From NCBI RefSeq assembly GCF_009914755.1, contig NC_060934.1: a DNA stretch of 64,000 nt. One strand, given 5' to 3'. Shown one piece after another: positions 27,161-40,302 of the stretch (its first letter is position 1; every line of letters begins with the position of its first letter). The position numbers were made by a program, and so were the translations under genes. Below the pieces are notes generated by a model. It saw nothing but the letters and a program-made list of their open reading frames with translations. It made no database searches and had not been told where the DNA came from. Source of the stretch: the human T2T-CHM13v2.0 reference genome, Homo sapiens.

Positions 27161-28459
27161 AATAAATTATGTCTCTAAATTACATATCTCTTTCTTCATT
27201 TGTTGATTGCTGTCTCCTTATTAGTTCCTTATTTTTCAAAATTTGCTTATAAAATTTTATGCAGTTACATGTGTTCCATTTACATTGTAACGTATCTTCT
27301 ACAGTAGTCACATTCAATTTATTTTATTCCATTGCCCATTAAATATTTATCAATAAGGAGACACCTCAATATTAGCATTATAAGCCAGTATACTGAATAT
27401 GCCCTTGTTTAAAGTTAATAATACTGAAAATTGTTCTATAAATTTGATTTGTTAATCCACATAATACCACCTTTCATGACATAGTTTGTTTTTCCATTCT
27501 GTGGAATTACAGTGCATCCCTTGATCAATGACCTTATTAAATGGTGTCCACCAACAAAAAAGAACACTGTCATCAATTTTTATTCCTATCTTCTTTTACA
27601 TGACACATAGAACTAAATACTCTTCCTTCCAGCATGTTATCAAATGGAATTATCATGTGTGATTTTGATAAAACTACAGTGTTTCAAGTAAACTCAAGTG
27701 TCTCTCAACTATATTTGTTTAAGAGAGCAAATGGATTTTTAATGAAAGAAATTGAAAAATACTGAATGGCAACACAAACACAAAAATACTTTGCTAAGTT
27801 TTAATCGTAAAATTCCTGAAAGAGGAGGAAAATTTTATGATAATAATGTCAATGTCAATTAAAAGGACATCAGATGTTCTTTGAGCCACATTATGCAAGA
27901 TATGGGCAGGACAACCAACACCTTCCATAGAATGAATCATGCTTTGTTTCAGTTGTGAATGAACACGTCTGCCTGTTTACATAAACATCCACCACAATTT
28001 TATTATCTTCACCAAAAGCAATACAAATTTTCTCAATAACTTCTAACTCAATATGAGAGTCTCCACAAATATTTGCTATTGTTTCTGGAGTCTCATATGG
28101 ATAAGATTTTGTTCACAATATCCTTATAAGAAGCCTTCTTCAGAAGAAAAAAGATTGCACTACCAAAATAAATAATGACTTCTTCATTATTATTACTTGT
28201 ACCCTTGAATGTGCCAAAAAAGTGAGCCATTTAGATATTTAATAACATCTGTAATAGTAAATGGAGCTATCATCCTTTTCTGTTTCAGTACATTTCTTTC
28301 TGGCAGTTGAAAACTTGATTGCAAATTTGGAATTAAATATTTCTGGATATATTCTCAAGCAGTCTCTTGAGCTGAAAGGCTGATAATATTATATAGTGCA
28401 GAAAGTTATTATTGAATCTTCTTCGCCTGAATTAAACTATCAAAAATTCTAATTTTGGT

Positions 28460-31400
28460 AAGGATGTGAGCAAGATGGTGGAATGGGAGGTTCCTTGATC
28501 ACAACGCACCCTGCAGCAATAATTTTGCAGCTATTTATAGACACAAGTGTTTGGTGGAGTTTGGGGATTCAGGTAGAAGGTTATAAAAACCTGGTGGAGC
28601 TCAAGACCTAGAAGGGGCTGGGCACAGTGGGTCATGCCTATAATTCTAACACTTTGGGAAGCTGAAGCAGGAGGATTGCTTGAGCTCAGGAGTTCAAGAC
28701 CAGCCTGGGCAACATAGCGAGACCCTGTCCCCATTTAAAAAATTACACACACATACACACACACACACACACGTCTATAAGGGCTCTTTTGAAAAGACAG
28801 ACCTGTGCCCAGGCGGCGGGATCACCAACTGTGGTGTTAGCTCCAGATCCAGAAATGGCTGCATCCCACTGTGAACATAGCTACAGCCAGGTTTTGTCTT
28901 GATCTTGTCACCAGAACCATCTACCAAGAAACCTGGGAGGAGTCACTCTCGTTTCTGCCTCTGGTGACAGAACTGCTGATGTCAGTACCAACTGAGGACA
29001 CTGAAAAGGCAACTTGGCTCCGCCACTTTTAGCTGAAGTTTGAAAGCAGCCCTGCCCATAAAGGGTCCAGGAGAAAGATATTCTTGTTTGAGTCCCTGAG
29101 GCATACTTGCTAATCTTGGCAACAGAGCAGATCCCAAAATGGCCATATAATAAATGATTCCAGCCCCTCTTAGATGTCATCTTCTGAGAGCAGTCCTGCT
29201 TGTACGGGTACATGCCAGGAGACACATTTGTCCAATGCCCTGGAAAGCAGGCCTGCAGAACTTGGTCCCAGCTGTGGACCCTGAAGCAACCCTGCAACTT
29301 TGTTCCAGCCCCTCTCAGCCATACTACAGCAAATACTGCCTGCCCAAGGATCCACTGAGTAACACAACATAAACCCTCACAAAGTACCTGGAGGAAGACA
29401 CACCTCTGTGCACACCTAGTAACAGTCCAACTGTCTGCAGACCCTCATTCCAACACCAGCCCTACTGACCAAGGTCCTATAGGCAGTTTAGTTCACTCAG
29501 TCCAGAGAGGATTCACTCCCACTTGGGCCCCCGGTAACAGTCCTGACAACTGGCAGAACCTACTATGAACCCGGCAGCAGCCATGTGAACTGATTCTAAC
29601 ACTACTCAACCACAGTACCACAGGCAATCCTAGTATGCTAGGGACATGACAGAAGAAAGTCTTTACCTTCCAAAAGCAGTGTTTAAAGGTTGAAAGGAAT
29701 GTTATTTCCCTTCAGATGCACAGACATTAGTGCAAGTCTATATGGATAACAAACCATCATTTGAAATTAGCCAATAAAAGGAACAATAAGAAAATTAAAA
29801 AGAAGAAAACATAAGGAACCCATGGGACACCATGAGGCATATGAATATAAAATTATGGGAGTCCCAGAGGAGAAGAGAGAAAAAGGCAAAAAAAAAAAAA
29901 AAAAAAAAGTTATTTAATGAAATACTGGGTAAAACCTTCCTAAATTTTGAGAGTGATACGGACATCCAGTTTCATGAAGCTCAAAAGATCTGAAGCATGA
30001 TAAACTCAAATAAGTATATCCTGAACACATTATATTCATTTGTTAAAAAAAGAGAATCTTGAAAGCTGCAAGAGAAAAGAGATTTGTCACATGCAAGGAA
30101 ACCCCTATGAGGCCATCAGCAGACTTCTCAGCAGGAGCCTTGCAAGCCAAGAGGAAATGAGATGATATATTTAAAATACTGAGAAAGAAAGAACTGCCAA
30201 CTGAGAATACTACATCTCACAAAGCTGTCCTTCAAAAATGTAGATAAAGACATTCCTAGAGAAACATAATCTGAGGTAGTTCACCACAAGGACAAGTCCA
30301 TTACAGAAATGCTAAAGGGAGCTCTTTGAGGTGAAATTAAAAATGCCAAGTAACAACATGAAAACATATGTAAGTATAAAACTCATTAGCAAAGGTAAAT
30401 GTATACTCAAATTCAGATTACTCTAGTTCTGTAAGGGTGATATATAAATAACTTTTTATATTACCATAAAATTCAAAGACAAAAGTACTAAAAATAACTA
30501 TAGCTATAATAATTTGTTAATAGACACACATTATAAAATGATGTAAACTGTGATATCAATAGCATGAAATGTGGAGGAAGAGTAAAAGTGGAGTTTTGCA
30601 TGTGATTGAAGTTAAGTTGTTTTCAACTTGAAATAGAATGTTTGAAGTATAAAATAATTTATGTAAGCCCCAACATAGCCACCAAGACAAAAACCTCTCA
30701 TAGATACACAAAGGATAAAAGAAAAAAGAATACAAACATGTTATTATAAAAAATCAACACAGAAAGACAGCAAGATAGGAAGAAAGGAACAAAGGAACTA
30801 CAAAACTGAAAAACAAAATTGCAAAAATAAGTATCTATCAATAATTACTTGAAATGTAAATAGATTATATTCTCCAATCAAAAGACATAAAGTAATTGAA
30901 TAAATACATAGTAAGATTCATGAATATGCTGCCTATAAGAGAGACTCATTTAAGGACACACATTGACTAAAAGTGAAAAAACAGAAAAAAAAATTCCATG
31001 AAAATGTAAGCAAAGAGTGCAGGGGCTACTATACATATAAAAAAATAACTGACGTTCAGTCAAAATTTGTCACAAGACACAAAGAAGGTCATTATATAAT
31101 GATGAAGTGATCAATGTATCAGGAGGATATGACAATTATGAATATATGTGCACCCAACATTTTAGCACCTAAATATATAAAAACTGATATTAACAGAGCT
31201 GAAGAGAAAAATAGCAATACAATAATTGTACAGGGCTTCAATATCCCACTTTCAACAATGGTTAGATTATCCAGGCAGAAAATCAATAAGGAAACTGCTT
31301 ACTTGAGCAACACTGTAGACCAAATTGACTTAGCCGACTTTAAAATTCCATGTGAAAAATCAAAGTATTTTCAAGTATTTTTCTAATCCCAATGGTATAA

Positions 31401-33400
31401 AACTAGATACCAATAATAAAGTCAATTTAAAATTTTTTCAGTGTGGAAATTAAACAACACACTTGTGAACAGGCAATGAGTTAAAGAAGAAAGCGAAAGG
31501 GAAGAAGAAAAGGGAAATAAAAAATTATGTCTTAAGGGAAATGAAAATGGAAACACAATATACCAAAACCTTTTTGATACAGCAATAGCAGTTCAAAGAG
31601 AAAAGTTTATAGTGATAAATGCCTACATTAATAAAAAGACAGTTAAATAAACAACCTAATTTTACATATCAAAGAATAAGAAAAAGAACAAACTAAACCT
31701 AAAATCAGCAGAAGAAATGAAATAAAAAAGATCAGAGAAGAAATAAATGAAATAGAGACTAAATAAAAGATCAACAAAATTAAGAGGTTTTTTTGAAAAG
31801 ACAAATAAAATTGGCAAACTTTTAGTTAGACTAACAAAGAATAAAAAGAGTGCAGACTCAAATTATAAATAAAAGATATTACAACTGTTATCGCAGTTGT
31901 TGGATAAGTTCCAGAAACACACAACCTATCAAGACTGAGTCATAAAGAAATACAAAATCTGATCAGTCCAACAGTAAGGATATTGAGTCTATAATAGAAA
32001 ACCTGACGAAAAAGAAAAATCCATAACCAGACGGCTCCACCGCTGAATTCTACGAAGCACTTAAAGAAGAGTTAACGCCAGTCTTTCTCAAACTCTTCCA
32101 GAAAATTAAAAATGAGGGAACACTTCCAAATTTACTATATGAGGCCCTCTTTATACCCAGACCATAACATAACATCACAGATGTTATGTACATATATGAT
32201 CATGGAGATTTCAGAAGTTAAGCTCTCTTTAAAAAAAAAAATCTGTTTTTCTGTTTGGAGCAGAGGTTGCAAAACTGTGATGCCTAATAAAAATATTGTG
32301 TAAAATATTGTGCTCCAAAACCAAGAATTAGCCCAAATTGGCAATAACTGTGACTTAAAAACTAGATCCAATTAGATCTTCACTGTGGCTATGCAACTTT
32401 TTGCTTTGTGGCCTGAAGGTTTTTACTGAGGTAACAACCTCTTAACTCTTGCCCCTTCCCTCCAGCACAAAAGCAAAAACAAACAAAAACCACCTCTACA
32501 GCTTCCTTCTTCTTGGCTGTCTTTGGCAATGCTTCTGAATCCTGAAAGCAAAAGAACCTACTGAAATACATGAGGAGGATGAAAACACTATATGCGATGT
32601 GTAAAAACCAATCTAAGAGTACGAACCCAGAAGGAAAATACAAGAAGGAAGGCTGAACAGCCGACTACCCTTAAGAGATACAGAGAAATTTTTTTAAAAA
32701 ATAGGGAGGCTATTACTCCTCTGGCCCTTTTTCCACATTATCTCCCAATTAGAAGAGTGTGGAACCAAAAATTTAAACTCTGTAAAGGTAATGGCTTTGG
32801 AGGAGGAGCTAGAGAAGTGAGTAAATTATAAAGAAGTACAGCAGTAGCTTTAGCTGTCAATAAGTTTCTTTGCTCTGGCATTGCCAATGTCAATAACAAT
32901 CTTTGTTGGTGTCAGTGAATAGGGATTTTTTTCAAAGAAGACAAACATATGACCAACAGGTCCATGAAAACGTCCTCAATCTGCAAATCAAAATAACAAT
33001 ATGATATTATCTCGCATCTGTTAAGATGGTCATTATAAAGAAATAGAAGTGATCACAAGTGTTGGCAAGGGGGTGGAGAAGAAGGAACCCTACCATTGTA
33101 AACTGTTTGTAGAAATGTAAACTAGTACAGACATTATTAAAAAAAAGTATGAGAGGTTCCTAAAAAAATTTAAAAAACAGAAGTCCCACAGGATCTAGCA
33201 ACCCCACTTCTGGGTAAATATCCAAAGGAAATGAAATCAGCATCTCAAATAGATATCTGTACCCTTCCTCCATACTCACTGAAGCATCGCTCATAATAGC
33301 CAACATATGAAAATAACTCATTGAAGCAGAGTAAAATGGTGTTTGCTAGGAGATGAGGAATGAGGAAATCAGGAGATGTTTGTCAAAAGGTGATAATTTA
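28460..33400 (+). mobile_element. Old near-full-length L1 (L1M/L1MA type): 5'UTR, partial ORF1, ORF2 endonuclease region, RT deleted, 3' end
   Basis: 5' CAAGATGG motif at ~28471. ORF1-like sequence at ~29760-30330. The ORF2 start at ~30841 reads IIT*NVNRLYSPIKRH. EN fragment ORF 31114-31386 (MTIMNICAPN..NTIIVQGFNIPLS). L1 3' part resumes at ~32915. Confidence 0.9.
28616..28771 (+). mobile_element. FLAM with (CA)n tail inside the L1 5'UTR
   Basis: Alu left monomer followed by a CA microsatellite at ~28745-28771. Confidence 0.85.
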
Positions 33401-33874
33401 TGACTTTTTGGTACTAGTTGAATAAATCAGACATCTCGTATGCCTAGCTGTTAGTATATGCTGGTTTATATCTTACTTTCTACCATTTTTGATAGTGAAT
33501 GATATTAAATGAACAATTGCATATTGTACAAATTGCTTCAAAATAATTTTTCCTTGTTTAATAAATTACCACCTCTTAGGTTATTTGTCCAAACATTTAC
33601 ACTTTTTTTTTTTTTTGGCATTGGGGGTTCAAATATGCACAACTTTAGGAGTCCAATGTGCTATCTATTACACTACAGAGGCACCTTCAAATATATACAA
33701 TTTTAAAAAAGCTAACAGTAATTTTCAGAAGAAATGAGGAATGAAATTTGCTCATCTCACAGTGTATGGGCAAGTCTGTCACTCACAAGTCTGAACTCAT
33801 AAATAAATGTAAACAGGGGTTGAACTGTCGAAAGACTGGGAATATGTGAATGAATGAATAGAATTCACACCTGA

Positions 33875-34240
33875 TGTAAAAAACGAACTTCCCATTTGCC
33901 TGCAAGAGAGACCTGTTCTTCGAAGGCACAGCTTTGTTGATTTTATGTGAGGTTTGGGGAAGGTCAGTGTTCTGGAATTCTCGGATTTTCAGGAGCAGAA
34001 GTGTTTAGGGATTGACAGACTTGCAGCTGTGTTAGTAAAGTCTTGGGGGAAAGGCCACTCTTGATGGCTGACTTTCAGTAACGCGGTCGCAGGAGCGAAT
34101 TACTCATTGGCTGACTTTCTGAAGTTTGGGACTGTAACTGATTTGCTAACTTTCCAAACTATAGTTACTATTCTGAGGCTGCCGCTGATTGGCTGATTTT
34201 CAGAGCAGGTTTACTAATCTGAGGTTATCTCTAAAGATGT
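33875..34240. repeat. Degenerate array of ATTGGCTGACTTTC units, probably an old LTR fragment
   Basis: Five related units at ~34011, 34063, 34106, 34141 and 34188. Confidence 0.45.
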
Positions 34241-35039
34241 TTTCTTGTTCAGAACCTGGGATTTTAGCCAAAAGAATAGTCTTTTTCTTTCTTAAATATG
34301 AAAAAATAGTACATTTAATTCTCATCCCTTCATTTTGGTTTTTCCATGCCAAGCTTGCAGGAGAGATCATAAGGAATTGTTCAAATTTTTATTTTCAGTA
34401 TTATGATATTCACCTAGTGTTGCCATCTTTTAAGTAATTTAAACTCTAATTACTATGGTCTAAAAATATCTCTAACTGCTGACTTTTTAAAAAATTTAAC
34501 ATAAGGGCCGAATAGAGGGCATTTAAAGCATTCTGACAAAGTCAACATAGGATACAGGAAAACATCATTAATTATACAGCATGTCATGTGTATATACAGG
34601 ATGTTCTGCAACACTACTTACAAAGTTATTTCTCTAATTAGGTTTTATGTATATATGGGGAGCACATCGTAATGGTATTCTGAATAGAAAAAAATCCAAA
34701 CACAGATTGACACCTGCTTCAAACTTTTCATCTTAATGTCACAGCTATGTTTTTTAGATTTTTAATCAGAATTTTAAGAAATGTCCTCTATTTCAGGAGA
34801 TAAACACATAAACACCAGCAAATCTGATGCAGAAGGTCATTAGTCTCCAAGCAATTCTAAGCTTTTTGATCCTGGATAAGAATAACAAAAAATTAACGCT
34901 GGAAGAGACAGGAGAAATTTGAGGCCCAGATAAGCAAAATAATCTCTGCTCGGGATCATATTGTTAATATTAGAGTTAGGGCTGAGTTTGGATTCCTGGT
35001 GTCCTGGCTGTCATTCCAGGTTGCTTCTTCATGCTGTAG

Positions 35040-35270
35040 TTTAGTGAATGCCATGGACTTGACAGTTAGTCCTAGTTCAAAACTTTCTGTTTCATGAATA
35101 TGGGCAAGTTATTTAATGTCCTTGAGCTTCAATTTCCTGTCAGCAAAATAGGAATAATTATGTTTTCCTCATAAGATTTGTTGTATAAATTGAGATAAAT
35201 TACATGTTGTACTTGAAACAGTGCTTGGTGAACAATCTATATTCAATAAATTTTAGCTATCATTGTTATT
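35040..35270 (+). mobile_element. MIR
   Basis: Core GGGCAAGTTATTTAA..TGAGCTTCAATTTCCT..AAAATAGGAATAAT and 3' TCAATAAAT. Confidence 0.75.
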
Positions 35271-35461
35271 TCATTGTATCATATCACACTATTGTATAAG
35301 AAATCAGCATACGACAAAGATAATGACTCTATGGCAGTTGAGTTTATGTGTGTAACCATCTTTCCATTTATGGTAGTAAGGTCTGTTACACACATTTATC
35401 TGAAAACCATCTGAATCTGAGAATAATTATTTGCCTACTTTTGGGGGGCTATGGGGGAGGT

Positions 35462-35743
35462 GGACAGGGTCTTACTCTGTCTCTCAGGCTGGAGTGCAGT
35501 GGTGCCATCATGGCTCACCACAGCCTCGACTTCCTGGGCTCAGGTGATTCTTCCAACTCAGCCTCACAGGTAGCTGGGACTACAGGTACATGGCACCATG
35601 CCCAGCTAATTTTTTATATTTTTTGTAGAGATAGCGTTTTGCCTTGTTGCCAAGGATGATCTCGAACTCCTGGGCTCAAGTAATCTGCCCACCTCGGACT
35701 CCCAAAGTGCTAGCATTACAGGCATAAGTCACAGCATCCAGCC
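35462..35743 (-). mobile_element. AluJ
   Basis: Antisense dimeric Alu whose tail has decayed to G-rich sequence. Confidence 0.9.
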
Positions 35744-35888
35744 ACCTATGTATTTTTATTTATTCATTTTAATTGACGCATTGCAATTGTATATATTTAT
35801 GGTACACAAAAAATTTTATGCTGTGTTTTAATGCATACCTATGTTGTATAATGATTTAATCAGTTCCTGATGCTTGTTCTTTCTAATT

Positions 35889-36112
35889 CATGGGTGTACA
35901 ATCTTTTGGCTTCCCTGTGCCACACTGGAAGAAGAATTGTCTTGGGACACACACATAAAATACACTACCACTAACCATAGCTTATGAGCTACTAAAAAAA
36001 AAAATCACAAAAAAACTCATAATGTTTTAAGAAAGTTTGTGAATTTGTGTTGGGCTGCATTCAAAGCAATCCTGAGCCACATGTGGCCCATGGGCTGTGT
36101 GTTGGACAAGCG
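35889..36112 (+). mobile_element. MER30 hAT DNA transposon
   Basis: Reads GTGT.CAATCTTTTGGCTTCCCTG..CACTGGAAGAAGAATTGTCTTGGG...TTGGACAAGC. Confidence 0.88.
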
Positions 36113-37456
36113 GCTCCACAATCCCCTAAGGTCTTGGACTCCTCCACTGGGTTCTCAGCATTTGACGCTGCAAAGAGGAAGGGAGAGAGATCATGAATGA
36201 CTGTGCAGGTTTTGAAAAGCAAGGCCTGAGAGTGACATTTATCATTTTTGAAAGTTCTCATACAGAGAATACCGATAAATGTAGTCAAGTTGTGAGCCCA
36301 CAGGGGTAAGAGAAATAGAATGTGGAGAGCATGGCCAACACCAACAGAGAGACTGTAACATGCTGATTCATATGAGACAAATAGGAGGATCTGAATAACC
36401 TACAGATCATTTATTTGCACCAAATAGCATGAGTGAATTGGCTATGTGTCATCATTCCATAAAACAGGTGAAGAAACTGAGGACGTAAGTGAATTATGCA
36501 AGATTACCCACTGAGACAAGGACATAACAATTCTTTTTCAGGCACTATGAAATTAAATCTAAGGTTCTTGATTCTATATCCATGTAAATACTTAGACTAG
36601 AACCCTAGATTAATGTTTCAGTAGAAAGGTATTTAAATTAATTGGGGTAACTAACTTGCCAGTCACTGAAAACCCTTCTTATGTTTTTAATTGCTTCAAA
36701 ATTAAACTTTGATTCTACATCATTATTTTTTGGAGGCAACAAGACGGATTTTACAGGTCCATTATTTTCCAGATTGTTCTTAACTGCTTTTCTAGGGCTA
36801 AAAGATTAATTTGCATTTGTTTTTAAAATAAAATTTTAGTTTGGTAAGCAAAATGTCCCATTTTTCTAAACCTCATTAGCTCTGTGAATATTCATAATGC
36901 CTTAATATTTCTTTTTAAATTCTGTGCTTACTTAAGTAATATTTTTCTTGAGGAATTTTCTGAAAGCAGCAATACTATGCCCTAACATATTAATGAATTT
37001 TAGGCAAGTGTTTTGTGTATGTTTAAATCTTTTAAGTTATTAATTAAGCAAAACTTAGATTATAAATAATAGCAATATTTAATATAAAAAAGCAATAATT
37101 TCTGAAATGGGAATACTGGATATTTTTATACAGATTATCTCAATGATACTTTTAATGAGTAAACTTGGAACTTGGTAAGCAAAAGCCTGTAGACATTATT
37201 TTAACCTTCAGTTTTTCTTTTATTAACACTGGATAATCAGAGGACATTTGCTTTTAGCTAATGTATATTTACTGGACTTTTTGAAAGGTACTGAGGATAA
37301 AGGCCAGTAACTCAAACTCCTAGTGAGACCAATTTTATTCCTGTTAGGTTTTTTTTATGTTTCTGCTGAATAAATGTTTGTCATATGAGTAGATATAAAT
37401 TTACCCATTAGAATTAGCATTCATTTCCAAAGCCAGTTAAACTTTCATATTGATAT

Positions 37457-38398
37457 TGTTAAAGAAAAAAATATTGAATGACATTTGTTACACATAGTAA
37501 GACAGGCATTATTCAGGATGATTGCAATAGGTAAAAGGACCATTGCAATAGAATTTTTCAGTGGGAGAAAGAGATTGGGTTCAATTCCTAATACAGTATG
37601 GCCAAGTAGGAATTTATAGCCAAGAAACAGGGTAGATCCACAGGTCAGAAGATAAGAAATTGTGAAGAGGAAACATCAAGGGGTAGGCATGTGGAAGTCA
37701 AAATAAGAGTGTAGAGATGAATCTCTAGTATTTTATTTGACATGAAAGAATTGCAGTTTGAGCCACAGATACAGACTGGAAACTCTTTGGTATATCTGAA
37801 GAGCAAAGAGAAAGTTGGGGGTTTTATAAAAAAGGAGTAATGTTACGTGTGGTCCCGAGAGAAAGTTCATTGGTATTAGTAAAGCTTTGGGGGTCGGGGG
37901 TGGCAAGCTCTAATTGGTAGGCAGTGGTGGTGAGCAAAATTAGTCCTAGAGTTTCAGCAAATTATCTCAGCAGCTATAGATAAAATTGGTTTCAGGTCAA
38001 CACAGGCAATTTCAGCCATCATATGTGCAGAGAATTACATTTCTAGAGCAATGTTATGTACTCTGAGTGCTTTTTTCCACCTGGCCGCTCAACTCTCATT
38101 TAGTTGGGTGTGAAAAGAATGACCCAATTCAGATCATCAACTGTCACAGGATATTTTGGCTAAACTGACCTAACAAGATTGTTGCTGAAGGCTGACCTGG
38201 GAGATCAGACATCTGGGGGATGATGGAGGATGAGGAAACTGATCATATAGTGAGAGTGATCAGATATCAAGGGTGGGGTAAGGGGTTCATGTTAAACTGA
38301 TTTAACAGAGTTCTTGCTAAAACTGTATTTTTTAAGGCAGTGCACAGATGGGCCTACAAGAAGGTGTAGGAGCATGACTAAGCAAACAATCTTTTTCA
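37457..38398 (-). mobile_element. ERV1 solo LTR (MER67/MER31-like) split by a second LTR
   Basis: Starts TGTTAAAGAAAAAA on +, resumes at 38149, and ends AATCTTTTTCA. Confidence 0.65.
37690..38148 (-). mobile_element. Nested ERV1 solo LTR
   Basis: TG...CA ends, minus-strand AATAAA near 37733, flanks GGCA/GGAT. Confidence 0.65.
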
Positions 38399-38885
38399 GT
38401 ACTTTACAATAAAGTTTCAGTTTATATTAAGTTCTTCTTGCATTTATCCAACCAGGCTAAGCTAGTTGTCCTTTCATAAATGTCACCATCCTGATTTTCT
38501 GACCTATGATTAGGGAATGAGCTTTCAAAATAAATTTCTTTAATATTTTTTTCAAGTGGCTTCTTTTTTTTTTTCCTTTTCTTTTCTTTCCTATAGAGCT
38601 GGAAAGAGGAAAGAGCTATAGAAATTACAGCATACTCTATCTTTTTGTTCTTTTAAAAATTTAGATGTGTAGTAGGTCACCAAAGTTAAAACAGCCATTC
38701 ACTGTTTTAAACGAATCTTTCTTATGTTTAACTGATTTTTTTTTAAGGTGGAGTGCTTCAAGTCAGAAGTCTTAGTTTCCACCTTTTTTTCTACAAAGAA
38801 GTCACGTGAAGATGAAAACCACAGTATCTTTTGTATAGAATTGTCACTGACCATCCCTTTTTACATGTTATAAGATCATCAAAAG

Positions 38886-39050
38886 GTGCCAAGTTTACCA
38901 GATAAAATAGAGGATTCTCAGTTACATTTTTATTTCCTCTGAGCAATGAATAATGTTTTAGTGCAAATAGGTGCTGACAGTTGCTGTTTATCTGAAATTC
39001 AAGTGTAACTGAGCACCCTGTATTTTTGTTTGTTTAATCTGGTAGCCCTA
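38886..39050. mobile_element. MER3/MER33-like hAT element
   Basis: Inverted termini CCAGATAAAATAGAGG...CCTGTATTTT..AATCTGGTAGCCCTA. Confidence 0.7.
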
Positions 39051-39725
39051 AAGCATATTGTTCTCTCTTTCTCAGTCCCACTTCTCAAATTTTGGAGTAA
39101 GGAACTGGACTGACACAGTTTAGGTCATGTGTCCTTTTTGAGTTTCACGGTCCACTGCCAGGACAAGGAGTTACATTTTTTTTAAGAGAAATAATAACTT
39201 GTCTTGGGTTAGATACACAGACAAACAGATGAGGACCTAAGCAGGTTTAGAGTTGGGCATATACAGAAGACAGCAAAATAGTTATGATGGTGTTCTGAGC
39301 TCTAGTTTCTAGCTTGTTGCTATGGCTCACTCTTGTTTGTCTTCTTGAGTTTTCTCAAGTACCTTAGCTCCTTAAATTCATTATTAAAGCTGCGTCAAAA
39401 TGGATACCTCTAATTTGCGACCAAAAAATCTTAACTACATTATTCTTAGTGGTAGTTTCAGATACTATAGAAATATTTATTGTAACAATATCTGCCTAAT
39501 AAGAACATTAATTGTTTTATTTTAAAATATTAACATGTTGGAGCTTACCAGGGCTTTCACTACACTTCCCCTCTATCCAATCAAAGACTCAGGATTTGAC
39601 AGTGCATCCAATTAGAGGAAAATAATCTTGACACTATGCAAATCTGGTAAAAAGCAACACTGGAGAAGAAAGGATGATAAGTCCTGTTCATCTACTGCTC
39701 TTTGGTAAAGGATATGGATTCCTCT

Positions 39726-40302
39726 TGTCAAAGTGAAATAATTGAAAGGATCAGAATCAAATATAAAAGAATTTATTAAATTGCAAAGTTAGGATAGCCA
39801 TATGGGAAACACAGACTCCAAAGGAATGGAGTCAGTGCTTCAAACCTGAAAAGTTAAGCTTTTGCTTACATAGGCAGAAAACAAAAAAAAAATTTAATAA
39901 GATTATAACATTTTCCATAGAAGGCTGGTTTATGAGTTACAGCAATTTGGCTGGTTAAAGCTGGGTTTTTTTTTTTAAACATCTTTTTTTGGTTCAATTT
40001 AAAGAGTCTATTTAACATTCCATCTTAGACAATATGATAGTTGTGAGGTTTTTGTGTAAGAGAAGGGGAAAGTTAATCTATAATGAAGATCAACGCTTAA
40101 GAGGGAAAGGGCCTTCCCTGGTGCCCTTTAGTCTTATAACATTTTACAAAACAGTGTAGATAAACAAAAGGCTGATCTATAATCAGAGGAACAAAGGTTA
40201 CAGCTGCCTATCACATGACTCAGGACCCATATTTACATTCCCTTAAGGCTCAAAATAATTTGAAGTTCCAACAGCTTTAATTTTTAATTACTTATTTTCA
40301 CA
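39726..40302 (-). mobile_element. ERV1 (MER4-group) solo LTR
   Basis: TG...CA ends with a perfect CTCT TSD at 39722-39725 and 40303-40306. Homologous to 1110-1666. Confidence 0.85.

Noticed and set aside
28908-29372. Overlapping 66-129 aa ORFs in GC-richer sequence
   Set aside because: They lie in the 5'UTR of the old L1 and show no recognisable protein motifs.
31114-31386. 90-aa endonuclease-like ORF
   Set aside because: It is a fragment of decayed L1 ORF2 surrounded by stops and frameshifts, not a functional gene.
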